Shown: piece after piece, positions 44,175 to 50,807 of the stretch
Layout of the letters: every line of letters starts with the position of its first letter
How positions within the stretch are numbered: the first letter of the stretch is position 1
Source of the DNA: a virus
Lineage: Duplodnaviria > Caudoviricetes
Length of the DNA: 50,807 nt
Direction: 5' to 3' (one strand)
IMG/VR virus record: IMGVR_UViG_3300033388_007794
Span: 1-50,807 of that record
The notes under the pieces: generated by a model
What the model was told of the DNA's origin: nothing
What the model saw: the letters and a program-made list of their open reading frames with translations, nothing else
Database searches by the model: none
Translations under genes and position numbers: made by a program

Positions 44175-45130
44175 TATGCGACAGCCCCCGACATAAAGAG
44201 TCCGGCGTTGGCACCGGTCTTCTTCTGGTCAAAATAAGTGTTCGCCTCTATGATGTCCACTTCACGTTCCTCATCGCGCATCCGCTTGATGTACTGAAGC
44301 GCGTTTGCTACTACCTGCCAAACAAAGGTATATCCGGCAGCAGGGGTAAGCAGAGACGGCCTGTCGGGTACATAGATCATCAGGGCGTTCTTCCCCCAGA
44401 TCCGGCTGTACGATACCGAAGCCTCAGCAGTTCCTTCAGGAGATGCAGTATAAATCGCACGACCAATCAGCACTTTTTCAAATTCCGCCAGGGCTTTGAA
44501 CAGGTCAAGAGTAAGTTGCCCCTTTTGGGTGTACTTAATTGTGTCAATTAAATCCGGGTGCCACTTCAGTTTTAACCAAACTTGCTTACCTAGTACCAAC
44601 ACATTAGGCTCGCGCCCGATTAAGGCTTCAACTGCATCTTTATAGTCGGCCAAATCGACTAGCGGGCTGGAATTGGCATAGTCGCTCCAGACAGTAAAAT
44701 CAACACCTCCGGTCTTGTCCGTACCCCAAACACCGGTCGTGAAAAAGTCGGTAGCGAAAGCAACCTCCCGGCGCATCTGAAGCTTATCCGTCACCCATTC
44801 GGTCGCGTCCCGGTCGAGGTTGAACGGCGCGTCTGCATTCTTCCTAGTTTCATCGTCGATCTCTTTCCTGATCGAGTACCGGTCGCAGAAGTACTTCGCA
44901 GTCGTTGTTACCTTCCATCCGCCGCCGGCAGACTTGGTGCCAGGCGCACGCAGCTTGGCCTCATCCCTGAACCAGTGAGACTGGTCGTACTGCGGGATGA
45001 TGTCCGACTGTTTCTGCACAGGTACAATCGGGAAAATCTGGTCAGCAATATATTCGGGGTTCTTATAGCCAATAGAAATGTTTGTGAGAAGTTGATCAAT
45101 ATGGAGACTCGAAGCCACAGGGTTAGCCAT
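44174..45130 (-). CDS. Major capsid protein
   Basis: HIDQLLTNISIGYKN..YIADQIFPIVPV; 318 aa; follows scaffold and decoration genes. Confidence 0.88.
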   Translation of the reverse strand: MANPVASSLHIDQLLTNISIGYKNPEYIADQIFPIVPVQKQSDIIPQYDQSHWFRDEAKLRAPGTKSAGGGWKVTTTAKYFCDRYSIRKEIDDETRKNADAPFNLDRDATEWVTDKLQMRREVAFATDFFTTGVWGTDKTGGVDFTVWSDYANSSPLVDLADYKDAVEALIGREPNVLVLGKQVWLKLKWHPDLIDTIKYTQKGQLTLDLFKALAEFEKVLIGRAIYTASPEGTAEASVSYSRIWGKNALMIYVPDRPSLLTPAAGYTFVWQVVANALQYIKRMRDEEREVDIIEANTYFDQKKTGANAGLFMSGAVA

Positions 45131-45160
45131 TATCAGTCACTCCTTTTCCAATTTACCAAA

Positions 45161-45553
45161 TTAAGTTGTGCTCAGCGTGAACGGCCCAGTCAACAGGACG
45201 CGAATAACCGTCCCATCGGCAGACGAAGCATCAAGCGCAATGCCGGCAATAAAATCCTTGTCAGTTGCCTTCTTTACGGCCTTGCCGCTTGCGTCTGTGC
45301 CTACGTAGTCTCCGACAGCAATGTTGGTACCGGAGCCGTCAGACACGACCTTACTGATACCTAGAACTCGAACCTGTGCCGCATGGCCTGCTGTAGGTTT
45401 ATTCTGCAATACACCGATCGGCTTGTCTGCTGCGTTATCGCAGACATCCACCTGGTCGGCGGCACTCAGCTCAACAAAGTAATACTGCTTTGAACTCAGG
45501 TCGTTCTCAGCCTTTGCGCTGATGTCGAATACAGCCATTTCGGTTGCCATCAA
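45161..45553 (-). CDS. Capsid decoration/cement protein (DUF2190-like)
   Basis: IGVLQNKP...GDYVGTDASGKAV...GIAL. Confidence 0.78.
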   Translation of the reverse strand: MMATEMAVFDISAKAENDLSSKQYYFVELSAADQVDVCDNAADKPIGVLQNKPTAGHAAQVRVLGISKVVSDGSGTNIAVGDYVGTDASGKAVKKATDKDFIAGIALDASSADGTVIRVLLTGPFTLSTT

Positions 45554-45564
45554 TATCTACCTCC

Positions 45565-46443
45565 TTAAATCTTGACCGCAGTCTCTTTGCGGTACTGCTC
45601 ATAGAGCTTAGGGTTCTCGGCCAGCACTTTTGCCAGTGCGTCCATCCTGCTCAAGTTGGCGTCTTTCTGCACCAGCCCCGCTGCCATGGCCTCGACCTTG
45701 GCAACAGCGGAGTCGCCAGCAGGCATGCCGCCTCGACCAATTTCGGCGTAGAGTGCGCCTTTCTCAATGGCTTCATTAGCCGCCTTCAGTACACCTTCGA
45801 GCTTGGTGTACTCTTCCGGCGCTTTTTCAGCCAGGCCCTTGAGCACCAATCCGAATTCTTCCGGCTTGGTTGGTAAATTAGCAAACTCGTCAGCGGCTTT
45901 CTGAATAAACTCCTTGCGAAGCTGCTTGTCGCGCTCTTCCTTGAGTACTTTTTCAAGCTCTTCAGCTTTCTTGACGGCTTCCTGCTGTTCTTTCCAGAGT
46001 GCCTCTACCGCAGGACGAACTTCTTCTGGAATGCCGGAAAAGTCATAGCTTCCGTCTTCCTTTTTGGTCGGTGCCGGATAGCCATATTTCTTCTTCTTGT
46101 CCTCTTCTTCATCTTTTTTGCCCTTAGCCTTCTCAGCCGGTTCGGGGTAGCCGTAGCCGGCAAGACCGGCTAAGGTTTTCATGATGTCTTTCGGGAGCTC
46201 GTCCTTGTATGCCGACAAAATTTTGAGTGCTCCTTTTACGGCTCCTTTTGCTTTGTCGGACAGCTTGGCTGCTTTCAAAACCTCTTCGACCTTCTGCTCG
46301 TCTTCAAGTTCAGTTTCCAAAACAGCCTTGAGAATTTCTTCCATAGGTGGATCATCCTCCTTAAAAATTAGGAACTTTTTACGATTTGCCCCGCGTGGGA
46401 CGAGGCTCACTTCCACAACATCTAAATCTTTCAGCCTATTCAC
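45565..46443 (-). CDS. Scaffold protein with N-terminal protease-fold strand
   Basis: LKDLDVVEVSLVPRGAN N-terminus, K/E-rich coiled coil, NPKLYEQY tail. Confidence 0.8.
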   Translation of the reverse strand: MNRLKDLDVVEVSLVPRGANRKKFLIFKEDDPPMEEILKAVLETELEDEQKVEEVLKAAKLSDKAKGAVKGALKILSAYKDELPKDIMKTLAGLAGYGYPEPAEKAKGKKDEEEDKKKKYGYPAPTKKEDGSYDFSGIPEEVRPAVEALWKEQQEAVKKAEELEKVLKEERDKQLRKEFIQKAADEFANLPTKPEEFGLVLKGLAEKAPEEYTKLEGVLKAANEAIEKGALYAEIGRGGMPAGDSAVAKVEAMAAGLVQKDANLSRMDALAKVLAENPKLYEQYRKETAVKI

Positions 46444-46446
46444 ACC

Positions 46447-49400
46447 TTACACCACCTCCTCACGAATCCCGAAACCCCCGACACTAAAGCCCGTTATAAC
46501 ACCCTCTTTAACTTGTCTCCATAAATTGTCATCGCTAATATGAACGCTCATTATCCATGACCCCTTCTTGACCTTATGGCCGTTGATTTCTAAGTCCTGT
46601 GGAGCAGTATACGATTCAACAACTTCAGCTTTAGCTTTCTTGCTATGCCGATAACCAATCACACGGGATTTGAGCATAAAACGATAGGCCGCATCTTCTA
46701 TGCTCTGGGCTGATATAACATCGCCCTGAGAATCCACCGTGTCTGGTTCCAGAACTACTCCCGTTACTATTTGCTTTTCGTCCGCTTTAAGTATCGCGGC
46801 GTGGTATTCTTTAGCAACTTTGGCTTTTGCCACATCGATTTTTTGTACGGGCTTCCCTGGTTCATCAGCCCACAACAACCACTTTTGCCCCTTTTGCTTC
46901 AGCTCGCTTATAACATCAGCGAGGTCGTGGGTTTTTGTGTACGGTTCTTGCGATTTTGGCCGGTTCACAAGCCACACCCTGCGCCCCTGTTCCATCGGGG
47001 CATATTGGATAAGCAACCGTCCTTTCAGATGCTTGCCGTCTAAGAAAAGCTCGCGGCCATGCTCTCTAGCGAATGAGAACTTATATTCGCCACCGTCAAG
47101 CTTAAAAAATTTACTATACGTCTGGCTTGTAGAACCTGGCCCACCTGGCTCGGAGATATAGGGCTCTTTATCTGTAATAGTGATCCACTCAACTGGCTGG
47201 AATAACTTAAACTGGCCCTGTAAGCTGTCATCGGGCGGCAGTTCAAGCAAGCGGCTTCCATATTTTGTCTTGCGGATGTCTTCGGTATCTCCTTCAAAAA
47301 CCGAAAAGCCCCAAGCTGTTTCATCGTCTATCTGAAAGCGTAAATCACCGTGGACGCTATGATTAGTCTTCAATAGCTCCTCATGGCTAAGCTTGGTTTC
47401 TTCTTCTGTCAGCCCACGCCAGTGCATCTGATATACCCACCTGCCGCGCCCGGACTTGGGGTACATGTTATGCCACTCTTCTTCATATAGCTTTGCTGCT
47501 ACTTCAGCTCTGGTATCGCCTTCTTCGCCTAAACGGTCAGCTTTCTTCACTTGCTTTAATGCCTGCTTGATCTGCTTTACCTTCCTTGCTACTTCTCCAC
47601 TGTCCCCAAACCGCCTCACCGCTACCGGATGCGGCAAAACAAAATCCGCCCGGTCTCCCAGGACGGATTTGGCGGTCTGGCCGAGCGCCACTACAATTTG
47701 CGGGTTGGCTTTATCAAGTTCCTGATACAACCAGTCGCGCCACTCTTCTATTTCCTGCTCGTTCGGCTCTCTCACTCTTCCTCTGTCGTCCGTTAACAGG
47801 ACTGGCACAACGTTAGTCAAGAAAACGTCTTTTCTGGTTAAGCCCAATGGTTTCAGGTAAAGCTCGTTCAACGTTTCTCCACAAGGCCCGACAAACGGCT
47901 CTCCCCTTGCCGCTTCAATCGGGCCGGGGGAGGCACCAATAAAAGCTATCTTTGCATTCTTCGACCCGGTGCCGGGGACTATCTCCCGCGCGGCCTTTTG
48001 CAATACTTGCCCCCGTTTGGCAATGTCAATAGCTTGCGCAGCGGTGTATGGTTCTTTGCGTGTTTTGTCTACATCAATAGGACGCGCACCGAGCCAAGCC
48101 AGAACTTTCTTTTCTTCATCAGGGAGAAGTTCAAGTACTTCGCAGGTTATAACATCCCCGACCTGAGCCTTAACGGTGCTGGTGGAGAAAGTTTTACCTA
48201 AATCAATATATTCCTTGTCGCCAAGCTTTCGGGTATTACGCCACTCCATGCCCACGCTCGGTAGGAGGCCACCATAATAATTTACCGTGCCAGGCGTCTT
48301 AGTTTGCTGAACCTGCAATACTTTTACCTTTAATTCAATGACCTTTTTGACTTTGCTCCACTCGTCAGTAGCCCCGTCCAGTTCATACTTCCCGCTAGCC
48401 GTCTTTGCCACAAGCCCTTCCGAGCGATCCTGATTGAATGCCCACCGAGCAGCAACTTTAAGCTCCTGCAAATTATTGCACCATTTGACCTGGGTGATAG
48501 CAAAATTCTCCTTGCCCTTCAAGTACTTATCATAGAACTGCTCCAGCTTCTTCCTGCGTTCTTTAAACGGTTTTTCGTGCAGGTCTTCATCCCAGTATGG
48601 CAGGTCGAAAACTGTCAGTATCGGCGTTTCATTTTGTTTGATGTCCGGCTTGTCGGCATTGAAAGTCATCAGGTCAGGACGCGCCACCCGCTTACCGCCA
48701 CGGAGCATCCCCAAATCGCAGTCCAGGATGAAATCGGCATCTATTTTCTCTAACGCGGCTTTAAGGCCGGCGAACTTGTGCAGTTGGTCCTTACCGTACT
48801 GCCCTTCAAACCAAAAGCGAACGCCTTTACCTTTCTTACCCTCTGCTATTCCTCGAAAGCCATTGAGCTTACCTTCCACATCAAAAAGCGTTTTGTCTTT
48901 ACCCCACTTTTCCCACAACTCATCAACCGTATATAGCTCCGTATATAATGCCACCTGCGGCTTCGGAGGAATAAACTTCTGGAATGGCTCAAGTCCCTCC
49001 TTAGTTACGTCCTCCGGCTTGCGGAACACGCCACGCACATATACCAGATCACCGTTCTCGATCTCCTTCAACTTTTCGACCTCGAACTTCGGCCTACCCT
49101 CTAACAAGTCATCCTGGGTCCAGAAGACAAAGCTAGACTTATTCCAAAAGCTCTTGTGATCGGGATGGTTAAACGCACCCTCGCCTTTCGTGCTCGGTAC
49201 CTCAAACACGAACCTGCCGCCGGGCTTCAGCACGCGCCAGATTTCGGCCATGATTTTTTCTTTGTCCGACAGGTGCTCCAAAACGTGGTTTGCACGTATC
49301 TCATCTGCGCTGTCATCCGGGTAGGGTATACCTTGCTCAAGATCATGAAGCATGTCCACCTGCGGACCCGGCTCTTTGTCGATCCCCGTATAGCCTTCAG

Positions 49401-50157
49401 GTTTAGAATCGCCACAGCCGAGGTCGAGCTTAAGCGAATCCCCTTTTACTACCTGCCGCTTCGGTTCCTCACGCCGAAGAACTAACGAATAGCAGGGCAT
49501 GAAATCTGCATGGCTCCCCTGGGGTGAATCAATAAAATGTAGAATACCTTTCTTCTCTGGGTCCAGCACTTTCCGCACAGGCAACCAGACATTGTCAGCT
49601 TGGATGAGGAAGTTTTCTCCAGATTCGTCCCTGTTGGCCCTGAAAAGCACGTCTATATCGTTCGGGTTCTCTTTGCCAACAGCCGCAGATCCTACTACCG
49701 ACACGAAGTTGGGAACCACAACCACTTCCTCTGGCAGTTCTGCCAGCTTCGCCTCCAGGCTCTGCGCCTTCTTCACATCGCGCAGTTTCTTGGCCTCCTG
49801 CACAAGTTCGCTATTCTCGTCATAATCGAAGCCTCGCCGTTCAAATTCGTCGAGTACCCAAATGGTCGCATTTACAATATCCTCCACCGATTCCTTGCGC
49901 TTCTTAGCTGCGCTATACCATTGATGCAGCCTGAGCCATGCCATGCGAACCTCATCATCCGAAGCGCCCTTCAACTTATCAGGCCGCATCTCGGTCAGAG
50001 CCATCTTCTCCAGGAAAGACGGCTCCTCCGGCTCGCGCCAGCGGGCTTTGCCCCCAGCAGAGGGCATAGCAGCTTTATGCAAATCACGCATTAGCCAGTC
50101 GGGTAAGTATTGTTTTGCTTTTTCAAGAAGGGTTTCGAGATATTCTTTGCTTGGCAT
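46447..50157 (-). CDS. Head polyprotein: NTase + SAM-MTase + ATP-dependent ligase + UDG-like + LigD phosphoesterase + XkdF-type prohead protease
   Basis: GS..DID (aa 156-169); DLGCG/HVLEH (245-295); KLNGFR, FDL, EGLVAK, WSKVK (430-604); IGASPG/PFVG/TNVV/HP (740-844); QMH...HGDLR (910-940); GVVLEPD.VDSQGD...GYRH...GSW...GFSVGG (1133-1228). Confidence 0.88.
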   Translation of the reverse strand: MPSKEYLETLLEKAKQYLPDWLMRDLHKAAMPSAGGKARWREPEEPSFLEKMALTEMRPDKLKGASDDEVRMAWLRLHQWYSAAKKRKESVEDIVNATIWVLDEFERRGFDYDENSELVQEAKKLRDVKKAQSLEAKLAELPEEVVVVPNFVSVVGSAAVGKENPNDIDVLFRANRDESGENFLIQADNVWLPVRKVLDPEKKGILHFIDSPQGSHADFMPCYSLVLRREEPKRQVVKGDSLKLDLGCGDSKPEGYTGIDKEPGPQVDMLHDLEQGIPYPDDSADEIRANHVLEHLSDKEKIMAEIWRVLKPGGRFVFEVPSTKGEGAFNHPDHKSFWNKSSFVFWTQDDLLEGRPKFEVEKLKEIENGDLVYVRGVFRKPEDVTKEGLEPFQKFIPPKPQVALYTELYTVDELWEKWGKDKTLFDVEGKLNGFRGIAEGKKGKGVRFWFEGQYGKDQLHKFAGLKAALEKIDADFILDCDLGMLRGGKRVARPDLMTFNADKPDIKQNETPILTVFDLPYWDEDLHEKPFKERRKKLEQFYDKYLKGKENFAITQVKWCNNLQELKVAARWAFNQDRSEGLVAKTASGKYELDGATDEWSKVKKVIELKVKVLQVQQTKTPGTVNYYGGLLPSVGMEWRNTRKLGDKEYIDLGKTFSTSTVKAQVGDVITCEVLELLPDEEKKVLAWLGARPIDVDKTRKEPYTAAQAIDIAKRGQVLQKAAREIVPGTGSKNAKIAFIGASPGPIEAARGEPFVGPCGETLNELYLKPLGLTRKDVFLTNVVPVLLTDDRGRVREPNEQEIEEWRDWLYQELDKANPQIVVALGQTAKSVLGDRADFVLPHPVAVRRFGDSGEVARKVKQIKQALKQVKKADRLGEEGDTRAEVAAKLYEEEWHNMYPKSGRGRWVYQMHWRGLTEEETKLSHEELLKTNHSVHGDLRFQIDDETAWGFSVFEGDTEDIRKTKYGSRLLELPPDDSLQGQFKLFQPVEWITITDKEPYISEPGGPGSTSQTYSKFFKLDGGEYKFSFAREHGRELFLDGKHLKGRLLIQYAPMEQGRRVWLVNRPKSQEPYTKTHDLADVISELKQKGQKWLLWADEPGKPVQKIDVAKAKVAKEYHAAILKADEKQIVTGVVLEPDTVDSQGDVISAQSIEDAAYRFMLKSRVIGYRHSKKAKAEVVESYTAPQDLEINGHKVKKGSWIMSVHISDDNLWRQVKEGVITGFSVGGFGIREEVV

Positions 50158-50172
50158 TTGTGATCCCCCAGT

Positions 50173-50709
50173 TTAAAAAAATCCCTGTGCGGGGCTGTAA
50201 GTTACTGCCGTCTTTTTTGACTGCCATTTCAAAGACGGTAGTGTACCAAATCTAAGCAGGTGTAAAAGATCATTTTTGCCACACACTTTGCCGTTAATTT
50301 TGATCCACTCGCTATCATCTGGCATTGTACGGGAAAATACAACTAAATAATGACCGCGATACTCTATTTTTCTTTTCCCGCGCATCGTTTGAACTGGTAC
50401 TCCATTTTTCGCTCCAGTTTCCAACAGTTGCTGTATGATCCGATGTGTATCAGATTGGTTCGCTGTAATACTTTTGCCAAATTGCTTCTCTTCTAATGTG
50501 ATTAGCCAACCTTCGCGGTAATTGAACCAGATATAGTCAAGGTTTTGACAATCAAAAAACCTGCTACTTAACTCTTCTGGACATTGTGCACTTCTTAACC
50601 AGTCGCTAAAGGGAGTAGAGCCGGTAGCAGGGCTACCACAAACCTGGCATATTACTGGATACTGGCCACAGGCCGGACATCTCGCATAATAAAAACGTTG
50701 CTTAGTCAT
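50173..50709 (-). CDS. Zn-ribbon + PD-(D/E)XK-like protein
   Basis: CPAC...CQVC, then NLDYIW...LEEK; ATGA-coupled to the MTase stop. Confidence 0.6.
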   Translation of the reverse strand: MTKQRFYYARCPACGQYPVICQVCGSPATGSTPFSDWLRSAQCPEELSSRFFDCQNLDYIWFNYREGWLITLEEKQFGKSITANQSDTHRIIQQLLETGAKNGVPVQTMRGKRKIEYRGHYLVVFSRTMPDDSEWIKINGKVCGKNDLLHLLRFGTLPSLKWQSKKTAVTYSPAQGFF

Positions 50710-50807
50710 ATGGCATCAGCCAGCCTTCGCTTTGCCATAGCAACAGCATTTGCGTCAATATCGCATCCAATAAAACGTCGTCCTAATTTCTTGGCCGCCA
50801 ATGCCGT
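50706..50807 (-). CDS. C-terminus of a beta-class DNA methyltransferase (continuation of 1..976)
   Basis: Manual translation TALAAKKLGRRFIGCDIDANAVAMAKRRLADAI*. Confidence 0.8.
   Translation of the reverse strand, partial: TALAAKKLGRRFIGCDIDANAVAMAKRRLADAI

Larger units (their letters stand above)
1..50807. mobile_element. Temperate tailed phage genome (siphovirus-like), near-complete, circularly permuted
   Basis: Terminase, portal, MuF, protease, capsid, tail tube, tape measure, lysis, cI/cro, serine integrase and replication genes are all present with no host genes. The two window ends are parts of the same MTase-type gene. Confidence 0.95.

Overview
The window is a near-complete (~51 kb), circularly permuted genome of a temperate siphovirus-like phage. 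Its host is probably a Firmicute, possibly a thermophilic Clostridia-type organism; this is inferred from AGGAGG RBSs, sigma-A promoters and copper-amine-oxidase-N domain proteins. Both window ends fall inside one DNA methyltransferase gene, and an intact attP-like site lies mid-window, so this looks like the excised form. Modules: packaging/head (terS, terL, portal, MuF, scaffold, capsid), tail, lysis, lysogeny switch (cI/cro, serine integrase) and replication/recombination. Three accessory elements stand out. (1) A 1236-aa head polyprotein in which an XkdF-type prohead protease is fused behind nucleotidyltransferase, SAM-methyltransferase, ATP-dependent ligase, UDG-like and LigD 3'-phosphoesterase domains, with a recurring hydrophobic-x-K-(A/G/E) motif at each linker. 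It is a candidate virion-delivered DNA repair kit. (2) A self-contained type IV-B CRISPR-Cas operon (csf1, cas11, csf2, csf3, cysH-like) with no array, next to a repeat-punctuated small-gene operon. (3) A ~350-nt hairpin-dense non-coding region in the early operon. All calls come from reading motifs by eye; no searches were run.
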